A stretch of DNA of 64,000 nucleotides from Planctomycetota bacterium (GTDB lineage Bacteria > Planctomycetota > Phycisphaerae > WQYP01), in contig JAKAEZ010000011.1 of the NCBI GenBank assembly GCA_021819825.1, positions 6,209 to 70,208 of the forward strand, given 5' to 3'. Made by a program: the position numbers and the translations under genes. This document shows, one piece after another, positions 9,643 to 19,060 of this stretch (position 1 is its first letter; each line of letters opens with the position of its first letter). The notes below the pieces were generated by a model, which did no database searches, was not told where the DNA came from, and worked only from the letters and a program-made list of their open reading frames with translations.

Positions 9643-10965
9643 GTGAAGAACAATCGCACATCAGGTAATAGATCAGGCAAAAGACACACGGGGCAGGTCG
9701 GCGGGCATTTATTCTGGCCGGTAGAACGCTGGCAGGCCTTGCAGCTTGATGCCCTGCGCCGGCATATTAGCCACGCGGGCAAGTCCACCTATTACGCCGG
9801 GGTGCTTCCCGGTACCATTCAGTCGTTGGAACATCTTGTTGAATTTTCGCTGACGCATAAAGATCAGTTGGCCGCGGCAGGCGACGCCGCCTTTGCCTGC
9901 AAAAGCCAAGATGTGCGGGAGTGGGTTACCACTTCCGGTACCACCGGTAAGCCGTTGCGCGTTCCACTGACCGAGAGCGATCTGCATCGCCTGGCGGAGA
10001 ATGAGGCCGTTGCCTTGAACATTGCCGGGCTAAACCGGGGCGATACTCTGATTCTAGCCTTGGCGCTGGATCGTATGTTTGTTGCGGGTTTGGCATATTG
10101 GCTGGGCGCACAGAAATTAGGCGCGGCATGTATTCGGGCGGGGGCCGCATATTGTGCGCAGCTCGACATTTTACAATCTCTTGTGCATCGCGGTGCCCGG
10201 ACGTTTGTCATCACCGTTCCATCGCTATTGGCTGGTGCCGGAAACGCGGCGTCCCGTGATAGGCCAGCGCCGGAAATTCAGGCCGTTATCGGAATTGGAG
10301 AACCATTGCGCACCGCCGCGCTGGTCCCCAATGCTTTGGCGTTGCGCTTGATGGATAAACTTGGGGTGCCGGCGATTAGCACCTATGCGTGTACGGAAAC
10401 CTGCTCCACTTTTGCGGAGGGACCGTTGTGTGTGGGGGGGCATTTGAATCCCGCGCTGGCGGTTGTGGAAATAATAAATGAGCAAGGCTCTCCCGTCGCC
10501 GCCGGCACCATGGGAGAGGTAGTCGTTACACCGCTGGGGGTGGAGGGTATGCCGCTGGTACGCTTCTGCACCGGTGATATCGCCGCACTGTATACCGATC
10601 CATGCCCATGCGGCCGCACCACTCCGCGCCTCGGGCCGATATTGGGAAGAAAGCGGCAATTATTAAAGGTGCGCGGTTCGAGTTTATTTCCATCGGCGAT
10701 TGCCGACTGCCTCAATGGGATCCCGGAGGTGCGGGACTACGCCATTATTGCCCATCGGGAGCATGATTTAAGTGATCGCATAGAACTGCACGTTTGCTTA
10801 ACCAAAAGCAGCTCCGCCATTCGTGAGCGCCTGGCCTTAACCGTTCGGGCGCTGTTAAAAGTTCAGCCAAAAATTATCTTTTCGAGCATCTCCGCCATCC
10901 GCGAGTTGCAAAGCGCTGCCAACCCCCGCAAACCCGCGCGATTTATTGATCGACGCGTTTCCTGA
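9643..10965 (+). CDS. Phenylacetate-CoA ligase-like (PaaK / coenzyme F390 synthetase family) adenylate-forming enzyme
   Basis: It carries the AMP-binding core motif TSGTTGKPLRVPLTESD, and its size (440 aa) and overall layout match COG1541-type ligases. The start is GTG 9643, 12 nt after a gaggga RBS-like sequence. Confidence 0.7.
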   Translation: MKNNRTSGNRSGKRHTGQVGGHLFWPVERWQALQLDALRRHISHAGKSTYYAGVLPGTIQSLEHLVEFSLTHKDQLAAAGDAAFACKSQDVREWVTTSGTTGKPLRVPLTESDLHRLAENEAVALNIAGLNRGDTLILALALDRMFVAGLAYWLGAQKLGAACIRAGAAYCAQLDILQSLVHRGARTFVITVPSLLAGAGNAASRDRPAPEIQAVIGIGEPLRTAALVPNALALRLMDKLGVPAISTYACTETCSTFAEGPLCVGGHLNPALAVVEIINEQGSPVAAGTMGEVVVTPLGVEGMPLVRFCTGDIAALYTDPCPCGRTTPRLGPILGRKRQLLKVRGSSLFPSAIADCLNGIPEVRDYAIIAHREHDLSDRIELHVCLTKSSSAIRERLALTVRALLKVQPKIIFSSISAIRELQSAANPRKPARFIDRRVS

Positions 10966-10984
10966 AACGTGCTTGCGGTATAAT

Positions 10985-11671
10985 ATGGGAATGAATCAGA
11001 TGCCGACTCCCAAACATGACGCCACGGACTTACTGCAAACTCAGTCTGGGAAGCTTGCCATTGAACCGTTATCTGTCCCGTTGCTGGCGACTTTTATAAC
11101 CTGTGGATTTTACATGCTGTTGCCACGGACCATGATGCTAGGTCCGCCTTGGCTGCTGTTAATTGTGGTTACGGCCGTGTTGATTCCGTTGATTATTTTC
11201 CGATTGCGGCAGCGTTTTTTCCTCAGCCATGTGTGCGGCCACATTTCCGCGGCCCTTATTACGCTGTTCACCGGGTATTCACTATTGGCACTGGTACGGG
11301 ATTTGCCAACACAACATGATACGCCCATCCAGATGCTCAGAGCGGCGGGAATGCTTTGGATGATTAACGTTCTGATTTTTTCCTTTTGGTACTGGCGGCT
11401 TGATGGCGGGGGGCCGCACGCGCGGGCTTCGCGCGGCCACTACCAGACGGGGTGTTTTTTATTCCCCCAGATGACCATGCGAAACGGTGATCCATCCTGG
11501 TCTCCGCGATTTCTGGATTATTTATTCGTCGCTTTTACCACCAGCACCGCCTTCTCCCCAACCGATACGCCCGTGCTTTCCCGCTGGGCCAAACTCTTGA
11601 CCATGTTGCAGGCCATTATTTCACTGGGCATTGTGGTGTTAATTGCCGGTCGGGCGATCAATATTATTTAA
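10985..11671 (+). CDS. Polytopic membrane protein, DUF1345-like
   Basis: It has 4-5 hydrophobic helices. The C-terminal segment FLDYLFVAFTTSTAFSPTDTPVLSRWAKLLTMLQAIISLGIVVLIAGRAIN resembles the DUF1345 signature (DFLYFSFT.G.T...SD). The start is set at the first ATG. The track ORF begins at 10946. Confidence 0.45.
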   Translation: MGMNQMPTPKHDATDLLQTQSGKLAIEPLSVPLLATFITCGFYMLLPRTMMLGPPWLLLIVVTAVLIPLIIFRLRQRFFLSHVCGHISAALITLFTGYSLLALVRDLPTQHDTPIQMLRAAGMLWMINVLIFSFWYWRLDGGGPHARASRGHYQTGCFLFPQMTMRNGDPSWSPRFLDYLFVAFTTSTAFSPTDTPVLSRWAKLLTMLQAIISLGIVVLIAGRAINII

Positions 11672-11997
11672 AGGCTTCCCCAATAGCGGGGCAGATTCAT
11701 ACCCTGAATTATCCAACATGCGTGGCAATATTTCCCGGCATGCGGAGTGATCGACGGCATCAATGCCCGCGCTAAGAAAAATGGCGGGTCTTGGAAGCTC
11801 GCGCCGCGGAGGCCTGCCCGGGTTTATTGCCAGCCACAATCCAACCGCCGCCTGTTTCCCCCATTGATTCTCCGGCCTCGGGGCGCTAACATCTCAAGTG
11901 TGTTGGAGGAATTAACCAATACCGGCTGCCGCCGATGAGTAACGGACCGGCGATGGCAGGAAGTACATTCGTGTTGTAGATCGTGATGAGGATAAAC

Positions 11998-13419
11998 ATG
12001 GCCAATCCCCCTTCCGCGCGTACTGTAGCTGAACTAAAAAAAATGCCGTATCAACCCTGCTCGGTGAAAGATGAGTTGCGGCGTAACGTCATCGCCGCTC
12101 TGCGGACCGGTAAACCGTTATTTCCCGGTATTGTGGGCTACCGGGAGACAGTCATTCCCGAGATCGTCAATGGCATTTTGAGCCGGCATGACATGCTTTT
12201 TCTGGGTCTGCGCGGGCAGGCTAAAACGCGGCTCCTGCGAATGCTGCCGGATTTACTGGATCCATGGATTCCCGTTCTGGCACAATGTGAAATCCCGGAT
12301 GATCCGCTGGACCCGCATTTGGCTTCGGGAAAAAAAATCATTGCCGAGCAAGGCGATAATGCGGCCATAGAATGGGTGCATCGCAGCAATCGCTACCATG
12401 AAAAGCTTGCCACACCGGATGTCACCATTGCCGACTTAATCGGGGAAATTGATCTGGTGCGCCATGCGCAGGGGCGTTATTTATCGGATGAAAGTACCAT
12501 GCACTTTGGCTTGATCCCGCGCTGTAATCGCGGCATATTTGCCATGAATGAACTGCCCGATCTGGCTCCCAAAATTCAAGTCGGACTTTTTAACGTGCTG
12601 GAAGAGCGCGACGTGCAGATTCGCGGTTACCCCATTCGCCTGGACCTGGACCTGTGCATGGTATTTTCCGCCAACCCCGAGGATTACACCAATCGCGGCC
12701 GCATTGTGACACCGCTGAAAGACCGTATCGGCACGGTGGTGCGGACCCACTATCCGCATACCATTGGCGAAGCCATTAAAATCACACAGGACAATGCATG
12801 GCTGGAGCGCGACAGCGGCGTTCAGGTGACTGTTCCGCTTTATATGCATGAAATCCTCGAGGAATTTGTTCGCTTGGCGCGGCAAAGCCCGCATATTAAT
12901 CAGGCCAGCGGCGTAAGTGTTCGGTGTTCGATTACCAATACGGAAAATCTGGTCAGCTCCGCCGAGCGGCGCGGCATTGTGCATGGGGAAAACAGGGTCA
13001 CTGCGCGGACGGATGATCTGCCATTTATCCATGCCAGTTGCCGGGGAAAAATTGAACTCATGCTGGCGGAAGGTGAATCCGCGGAAGATAAACTGGTGAC
13101 CTCCCTGATCGGGGAAGCGGTGAAGCTGGTGTTCAGCCGGCAGGCTGATATGGATGATTTCGATGACATTTGCCAGCAATTCAAAGGCGGCTTGACGTTG
13201 CAGGTGGGCGATGAAGTTTCCACCGCCACCATGCTGGAAAATTATGCGCATATCAAAGGCCTGAAGGCCGCGGCGGCACGAATGGCCGGCAAATTGGGTA
13301 TGGCCTCCGATGATTCCGCATCGCTGGTAAGTGCCGGCGAATTTATTCTTGAGGGGTTGTACGTCAACAACCGCCTGAGCAAAGTGAATATGCCGGGAAA
13401 AACTTTTTTCAGGAAATGA
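11998..13419 (+). CDS. AAA+ ATPase of the Mg-chelatase ChlI-like / sigma-54-interaction-domain family
   Basis: It has a Walker A-like GLRGQAKT, a Walker B-like IFAMNELPDL, and a conserved VGYRETVIPEIVNGILSRHDMLFLG N-terminus. The sequence gagga lies 5 nt upstream of ATG 11998. Confidence 0.65.
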   Translation: MANPPSARTVAELKKMPYQPCSVKDELRRNVIAALRTGKPLFPGIVGYRETVIPEIVNGILSRHDMLFLGLRGQAKTRLLRMLPDLLDPWIPVLAQCEIPDDPLDPHLASGKKIIAEQGDNAAIEWVHRSNRYHEKLATPDVTIADLIGEIDLVRHAQGRYLSDESTMHFGLIPRCNRGIFAMNELPDLAPKIQVGLFNVLEERDVQIRGYPIRLDLDLCMVFSANPEDYTNRGRIVTPLKDRIGTVVRTHYPHTIGEAIKITQDNAWLERDSGVQVTVPLYMHEILEEFVRLARQSPHINQASGVSVRCSITNTENLVSSAERRGIVHGENRVTARTDDLPFIHASCRGKIELMLAEGESAEDKLVTSLIGEAVKLVFSRQADMDDFDDICQQFKGGLTLQVGDEVSTATMLENYAHIKGLKAAAARMAGKLGMASDDSASLVSAGEFILEGLYVNNRLSKVNMPGKTFFRK

Positions 13420-13472
13420 GCGCAGGTAAGATAAATGCCGTAGCTCGAGCCGTTAAATTATAGGGAATCGCG

Positions 13473-14009
13473 ATGAAAACACGCGGGGGTGATCAAGCTG
13501 ATCCGGGGCGCGAGATGTTTCGGATTCTGGGCCTTATTGTGCTGATGGCGGCGCTATACGGTATTGTTCATGACCAGATTACGGCGCGGATTTATCCGGC
13601 GTATTTCAATGTTGATCATCCGGATTTGGGTTATCCGGCGATATTTCATAGCTCCAATCCCACGGTTCTGGCGTTTGCGTGGGGAATCGTGGCAACTGTA
13701 CCTCTGGCTACAGTTTTGAGGACGATGATCGCCATTGCGGCACAGGCGGGAGGAGGTTCCCGCATTTCCGCCAACGATCTATTTAAGCCGCTGCTGCTGG
13801 TATTCGGTAGCATGGCTCTGATGGCTGTGGCGGGGGGAATCTGGGGTTATCACGCGTGGCAGGCCGATTCAAAATTGTTTGTAGCGCGGCGCGAAATGGC
13901 GGATTTCTGCGCCCATCTGATGTCGTATTGTGGCGGATTATTGGGGGCGGTCATGCTGGTGATATGGATTGTAATTCATCGGCGCACCGCGGGGTCGCTT
14001 GGCGCGTAG
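13473..14009 (+). CDS. Small integral membrane protein (4 predicted TM helices), unknown function
   Basis: The hydrophobic helix pattern is clear and it follows the ATPase gene on the same strand after a 53-nt gap. I recognised no family. Confidence 0.45.
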   Translation: MKTRGGDQADPGREMFRILGLIVLMAALYGIVHDQITARIYPAYFNVDHPDLGYPAIFHSSNPTVLAFAWGIVATVPLATVLRTMIAIAAQAGGGSRISANDLFKPLLLVFGSMALMAVAGGIWGYHAWQADSKLFVARREMADFCAHLMSYCGGLLGAVMLVIWIVIHRRTAGSLGA

Positions 14010-14191
14010 CGTTCTCGGATATGCGACTGATTCGGTGTCGCGATTTCGCTGCGGGAATATGGACAGTCGGGAATTTGGACCTGTTCAAAGTTGTACCGCG
14101 GTAGTATATTGACCTTGCGTTTATGGAGAACTTGCAACCAGCGCCACTTGGCTGACATTGTTTCCCACAATCTTACACGTGAGGAGTCATC

Positions 14192-15385
14192 ATGCAGCGA
14201 GAATCTGAAATTCCCATGCCCCAGGTAAGCCGTAGAGAATTTGCGATGCGGGTTGCCTTGGCCGCAGGTGTTCTTGCGACCGGTTCCACCCATCTGGTTC
14301 GTGCCGCGGTATCCTGGAATCAATTGCCGGTTTCGCCGCTGGTCCATGCTGATCGCCGCGTGACATTTCTGTTTCAGGATGCCGGGGCAAAAACTGTTAT
14401 TCTGGAAATGGGCGGAATTCCCCCGATACCGCTGAAAAAAAATGTCCATGGCATGTGGGCGGTTACCGTCGGGCCGTTGGCACCGGAAATATATACCTAC
14501 GCCTTTTCTGTGGACGGTGCGCGGGTGCTGGATCCCTTGAATCCCTGGGTAAAGCCAAACCTGTTTTATTCTGCCAGCATGGTTCTTGTTCCCGGAAATC
14601 CGCCATCCCTTTGGCAGGATTGTAACGTGCCGCACGGTGTGGTTCACCGGCATTTTTATCATTCTAAAGTCGTCGGCGATAATCGCGATTACTATGTCTA
14701 TACGCCGCCAGGATATCGCGGTGATAGTTCGCAAAAATATCCGGTTCTCTATCTGCTGCACGGCTACAGCGATCTGGCGGACGCCTGGACCAAGGTGGGA
14801 AGGGCCAATTTTATTCTGGATAATCTTATTGCCCAGGGAAAAGCCCGGAAAATGATTGTGGTTATGCCGCTGGGGTATGGAGATTTGCGGGTTATTTCCC
14901 GCACGGGGCCGGGCCTGGGGCAGCCGCAGTTGTATCAAAGCAATCTGAAAAAATTCCAGGCCACGTTGCTGACGGAAGTCATGCCGCGCATCGCCCGGCA
15001 ATATCGGATTCACAGCCACCGCGATCAAACCGCGATTGCCGGTTTATCCATGGGGGGCGGGGAGTCTTTGTCAATGGGGTTAAATAATCTCAATCGCTTC
15101 GCGTGGATTATCGGCATGAGTTCCTACTTGAATACCAATGGTCCGGACTTTTCCAGCGTTTTCCCGACATTAAATAAAAGCGATAACGCCCGAATCAAAT
15201 TGCTGTGGATCGCCTGCGGAAAACAGGATCCCATTGTGGCCAAAGCCAACCATAATCTCGACGCCTGGATGACCGCCAAAGGAATTAAATTTACACCCGT
15301 CTGGACGCCCGGTCAGCACGCCTTTCGCGTGTGGCGGGGAAATCTTTCCGCGTTCGCGCCATTGTTGTTTCAATCCAAAGCGTAA
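14192..15385 (+). CDS. Secreted esterase (esterase D / enterochelin-esterase-like fold, CE1-like) with an N-terminal E-set/CBM48-like domain
   Basis: It has a Tat-like signal (SRREFAMRVALAAGVLATGS), YVYTPPGY...YPVLYLLHGYSD, and the nucleophile elbow GLSMGG. The RBS gaggag lies 7 nt upstream. Confidence 0.75.
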   Translation: MQRESEIPMPQVSRREFAMRVALAAGVLATGSTHLVRAAVSWNQLPVSPLVHADRRVTFLFQDAGAKTVILEMGGIPPIPLKKNVHGMWAVTVGPLAPEIYTYAFSVDGARVLDPLNPWVKPNLFYSASMVLVPGNPPSLWQDCNVPHGVVHRHFYHSKVVGDNRDYYVYTPPGYRGDSSQKYPVLYLLHGYSDLADAWTKVGRANFILDNLIAQGKARKMIVVMPLGYGDLRVISRTGPGLGQPQLYQSNLKKFQATLLTEVMPRIARQYRIHSHRDQTAIAGLSMGGGESLSMGLNNLNRFAWIIGMSSYLNTNGPDFSSVFPTLNKSDNARIKLLWIACGKQDPIVAKANHNLDAWMTAKGIKFTPVWTPGQHAFRVWRGNLSAFAPLLFQSKA

Positions 15386-15573
15386 TGTTCGTAGCCTGAT
15401 GCGGCAGCATCATGGTTGGTTGCGGAACGGGGTTTGCTGAAAATAGCGAATGTCATAGTCCATTGCTGCGCTGGTGCTGCCGAAGTGGTTATGGCGCAGA
15501 CTGGCATAATATCTCGCATCCAACTTGATGCTTCCGCATCAAGCTAATGTGCGGTATGGCGCGTGGTTATGCG

Positions 15574-15610
15574 CCAAAACAAAACCGGCCGGGATTTCAA
15601 CACCGGCCGG
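15574..15610 (-). terminator. Rho-independent terminator of the pseudopilin-like gene
   Basis: The minus strand reads CCGGCCGG-tgttgaaatc-CCGGCCGG followed by TTTTGTTTTGG, about 58 nt downstream of the stop at 15668. Confidence 0.55.
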
Positions 15611-15667
15611 TGGGATTTACCGCGTCTGATGGCCCTGCCATCAGATGCAAGAAAGGAAAAATTGTAA

Positions 15668-16645
15668 TTAATGGTCTTGGAAATCCTGGCTGAATATCTG
15701 CCGCCACCCAGTGGTAACCGGAGCAGGCGGATTCCCTCCCGCGGCCCATGCCGGCGCACCCGAGATCGCCGGCACGATTGTGGGTTGGCCGGCCGGTGCC
15801 CAGGTGTCGGGCCACTTCACCGTCTGGCAATGGCCGTCGAGGTATGCGACGTTAAATTCACCCGAGTGGATCGTCGTATTAATGTTGTTGGTATCATTTG
15901 TACCTTTGTTGGGGTTGTTGGTGTAGCCCAGCGCTTCGGGGGCGGTGGAACTCCAAGTTGCGACATCCGGCGTTGTTTGCCAGCCCGCTGAGTACCCACC
16001 ATCACAAATAACGATCGATTGTGACGGCGCGTTGACGCTGCTGATGGCGTAGGCGTTATAGCCCGGTTCGTTAAAGGGCTTGGTCGCTGCGACGTCTTCC
16101 GGCTGGTTGCTAGCGTTCAATCGGTACGATCCGGGGAGATTCTGATAAGGCTGTGCTGCCGCCAACGAAAGTGAGGAGTAACGCAAGTTTCCGTTTCCGG
16201 ACCTGTTGTAATCGTCCTGAGTATCGGCTGGATCCTGCAGGACGCTAAACGTTACGTACTTGTCGACGACAAGCACCTGATCCCAGTTTAACGGGGAGGC
16301 AGCGCCAAGTGTCAGGTTCGTGCTGTATCCCCACGCCTGCGGAGCGCCGTAATACGCCCCGTCAGAAACTGTCGTATTACCGGCTACCCCGTACCCATTA
16401 TTCTGCCCCTTGACCATATAGCCGTTATGCTGATGGGCGAACATAAGTAGTGATTGGGCGATAGTTCTTTGATTGGCCAGGCAGGCCACGGTCTCAGATT
16501 CCGCTTTGGCGGCTGCCAAGGCCGGGATCAGGATCGCTATAAGGATGGCGATAATAGATACAACCACAAGAATTTCGATGAGCGTAAATGCCCCGCGGGA
16601 TATTCTACGGGACAGTGAACCGGTTTGGGGAAGTTTATTGGCCAT
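15668..16645 (-). CDS. Prepilin-type N-terminal cleavage/methylation domain protein with DUF1559 and an H-X9-DG motif
   Basis: It carries SRGAFTLIEILVVVSIIAILIAILIPAL (N_methyl motif) and a C-terminal FNVAYLDGHCQTV. The start is set at ATG 16645, preceded by gaggaa. The track ORF starts at 16696. Confidence 0.8.
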   Translation of the reverse strand: MANKLPQTGSLSRRISRGAFTLIEILVVVSIIAILIAILIPALAAAKAESETVACLANQRTIAQSLLMFAHQHNGYMVKGQNNGYGVAGNTTVSDGAYYGAPQAWGYSTNLTLGAASPLNWDQVLVVDKYVTFSVLQDPADTQDDYNRSGNGNLRYSSLSLAAAQPYQNLPGSYRLNASNQPEDVAATKPFNEPGYNAYAISSVNAPSQSIVICDGGYSAGWQTTPDVATWSSTAPEALGYTNNPNKGTNDTNNINTTIHSGEFNVAYLDGHCQTVKWPDTWAPAGQPTIVPAISGAPAWAAGGNPPAPVTTGWRQIFSQDFQDH

Positions 16646-16890
16646 GGGCGTTTCCTCTCGTAAAAATTGTAGGACCTTCACTCCTGCCGGCCGCATCGCG
16701 ATCTTCGGCTCTATATAGAATGGTACATCATATAGAGGTAGAAAGTAAAGAAAAAAACGTAGTATTTTCCTTATCGGGCGACCCGCCGGCCCGCAGGACC
16801 GGTAAAAACTGGCTCTCCAGCATTTGCCGGCCTAGAATAAATTAGCCTTCGCAGTGGTTCGATGGCGTGAAAACTATTTTGGAGTTGAAT

Positions 16891-17904
16891 ATGGCGACGA
16901 TGCGTGCAGTTCAGGTTTCTCATGCAAAAGGGGCGTTTGAGTTGGTTCAACGGCCCATTCCCGAGCCGGGGGTTTCGGGTATACGAATTAAGGTTCAGGC
17001 TTGTGGCGTTTGCCACAGCGATATGTTTGTTAAAGAAGGATTATTTCCCGGCATCAGCTATCCGCGTATTCCCGGCCATGAAATAATCGGTACCATAGAT
17101 GCCGTGGGAAGCGCGGTAAAAAACTTTAAGCCCGGGCAGCGGGTGGGTGTGGGTTGGCACGGTGGGCATTGTTTTGTCTGTGAACCGTGCCGCCGGGGGG
17201 ATTTTATTCATTGCGGCAAAGAACAGATTGCCGGTATCACTTACGACGGCGGTTATGCCGAATATTGCGTCGTCCCGCAGGAGGCGGCGGCGCTTGTGCC
17301 CGAAGCTCTGGATCCTACCAATGCCGCGCCACTGATGTGCGCCGGCGTGACCACGTATAACGCGCTACGCAACAGCGGGGCCAGAGGCGGGGATTTGGTG
17401 GCCATACAGGGCCTGGGCGGATTAGGCCATTTGGGCGTGCAATTCGCGCGGGCCATGGGATTTCACACGGTGGCTATTTCCGCTTCCGATGCCAAACGTG
17501 ATCTGGCCATGAAACTTGGGGCACATGAATATGTAGACACTTCCAAACAATCGCCGGCGCAGGCCTTGAAAAAATGGGGCGGCGCGCGGGTTATTTTAGC
17601 GACCGCGCCGGACAGCAAGTCCATGGCACCGCTGATCGCCGGCCTGGGCATTGCCGGGCACCTGGTCATTGTGGGTGCCGGGACGGATCCCATTCCGGTT
17701 GCGCCCCTGCAACTGATCGGCGAAAGTAAATCCGTTTCCGGTTGGCCCTCCGGTACAGCGATGGATTCACAAGATACGCTGAACTTTGCGGCCCTTACGG
17801 GTATTAAGGTGATGGTGGAAAAATTCCCACTGGAAAAAGCCGTAGACGCCTACGAGCACATGATGGCTAACAAGGTGCGGTTCCGCGCGGTGCTGGTCAT
17901 GTAA
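16891..17904 (+). CDS. Zinc-dependent alcohol dehydrogenase (MDR family)
   Basis: It has CGVCHSD, GHEIIGTI, the structural-Zn cluster CFVCEPCRRGDFIHC, and GLGGLGHLGVQFA (Rossmann fold). ATG 16891 sits after a ggag. Confidence 0.85.
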   Translation: MATMRAVQVSHAKGAFELVQRPIPEPGVSGIRIKVQACGVCHSDMFVKEGLFPGISYPRIPGHEIIGTIDAVGSAVKNFKPGQRVGVGWHGGHCFVCEPCRRGDFIHCGKEQIAGITYDGGYAEYCVVPQEAAALVPEALDPTNAAPLMCAGVTTYNALRNSGARGGDLVAIQGLGGLGHLGVQFARAMGFHTVAISASDAKRDLAMKLGAHEYVDTSKQSPAQALKKWGGARVILATAPDSKSMAPLIAGLGIAGHLVIVGAGTDPIPVAPLQLIGESKSVSGWPSGTAMDSQDTLNFAALTGIKVMVEKFPLEKAVDAYEHMMANKVRFRAVLVM

Positions 17905-17932
17905 GTAAAGCCTTGGCTGTGGCGATCGCGCG

Positions 17933-19060
17933 CTACGCCCGGCCGCGCCAGGCGATGTTTTTGCCCAGCAGTTGCCGCAGCCAGGCGTACCACTGAATAA
18001 CCACCAGCAGGCAAATTCCCAACGGATGCAAAATGGCTCCGAGCGTTGATTGGCGAAACCGGATCGTCAGAAGCATCCGCGGCAAGTAAACAAGCCCGGT
18101 CGCAAGCGCTGCGCCGGCAATGATGACTGGGGCGGCGTGCAGCAGCACTGCGGTGATCAGCAAAATTAACGGCACAACTTGGCCGCCCAGAAGAATAATC
18201 GTTGCCGGAACAATCATTTTTCGCGATGCCAATGCCTCGGTTGCGTTTTTCGCCAATCCATGAAATACCTCTCCGGCGGTGTGATACATCCGACATGATG
18301 CTAAGGCGGTGGCGTCAAAAATATCGGTGGCAAATCCCGCTTGCCGAAAGGCGCGCGGCAGTGTGATTCCGTCATGGCGGGAAGCACGGATGGCGCTATG
18401 CCCGCCGACGGCCATATACGCCGATTTCCTGGCGATAAATAATTGTCCGCAACCGGCACTGTACGCCGGGGAGTTACTTTTTCTCATCCGATTCAGCGGG
18501 AGAAAACCCAGGAGAATAAAGTACATCAGGGGAATCAGCAGTTTTTCAAACAAGCTGCCGGTTTTCTGCAACGGAAATCCGCTGGCCAGTGCCGTCTCGC
18601 TGGTCTGCATGAATCCGGCCATGCGCGCCAGGGCCTGGGGCGCAAGTTCAACGTCGGCATCCATAAATACCATCAGATCATAGTGGGCTTGCTGGGCCAA
18701 TTGCCAGCACGCGTGCTGTTTGCCGCACCAGTTCTCCGGCAGCGCGGAAGAGTTTATCAGGGTGATGCGGGAATCTTTCACGGCCAGAGTTTGTACAATA
18801 TCTTCGGTTGCGTCGGTGGATTGGTCGTTGAGAATAATTAATTCAAGCGTCACATCTTGATTGGCCAGAACCGATTGCATCGCCGTCCGGATATGGTTGG
18901 CTTCATTTCGGGCGGGGATCAGAACGGATAGTTCAGGGGCGTGGCCGTGCGATGTGCCCGGCTCAGGTGCGCGAAATAAGGAAAGATTCACCGTCAGCAG
19001 CGCGGCCGGAACTCCCGCCAGAAACAGAGCCATAATCACTAAAATCAGCAGCATTATCAA
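17933..19060 (-). CDS. Family-2 glycosyltransferase with C-terminal TM helices (CrtQ/CruC-like or aryl-polyene-cluster type)
   Basis: It has LSVLIPARNE, ILNDQSTD and FMDADV (the DxD region), and is 375 aa with membrane helices at both ends. The start is either TTG 19060 or ATG 19054. It abuts the upstream stop (TGA 19059-19057). Confidence 0.7.
   Translation of the reverse strand: MIMLLILVIMALFLAGVPAALLTVNLSLFRAPEPGTSHGHAPELSVLIPARNEANHIRTAMQSVLANQDVTLELIILNDQSTDATEDIVQTLAVKDSRITLINSSALPENWCGKQHACWQLAQQAHYDLMVFMDADVELAPQALARMAGFMQTSETALASGFPLQKTGSLFEKLLIPLMYFILLGFLPLNRMRKSNSPAYSAGCGQLFIARKSAYMAVGGHSAIRASRHDGITLPRAFRQAGFATDIFDATALASCRMYHTAGEVFHGLAKNATEALASRKMIVPATIILLGGQVVPLILLITAVLLHAAPVIIAGAALATGLVYLPRMLLTIRFRQSTLGAILHPLGICLLVVIQWYAWLRQLLGKNIAWRGRA

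Noticed and set aside
12481-13251. A 256-aa minus-strand ORF inside the AAA+ ATPase gene.
   Set aside because: It is antisense to an ORF with Walker motifs and a good RBS, and it has no motifs of its own.
13976-15028. A 350-aa minus-strand ORF antisense to the esterase gene.
   Set aside because: The plus-strand ORF has clear esterase motifs (GLSMGG, LLHGYSD), a Tat signal and an RBS. The antisense product is Arg/His/Pro/Gln-rich with no recognisable family.
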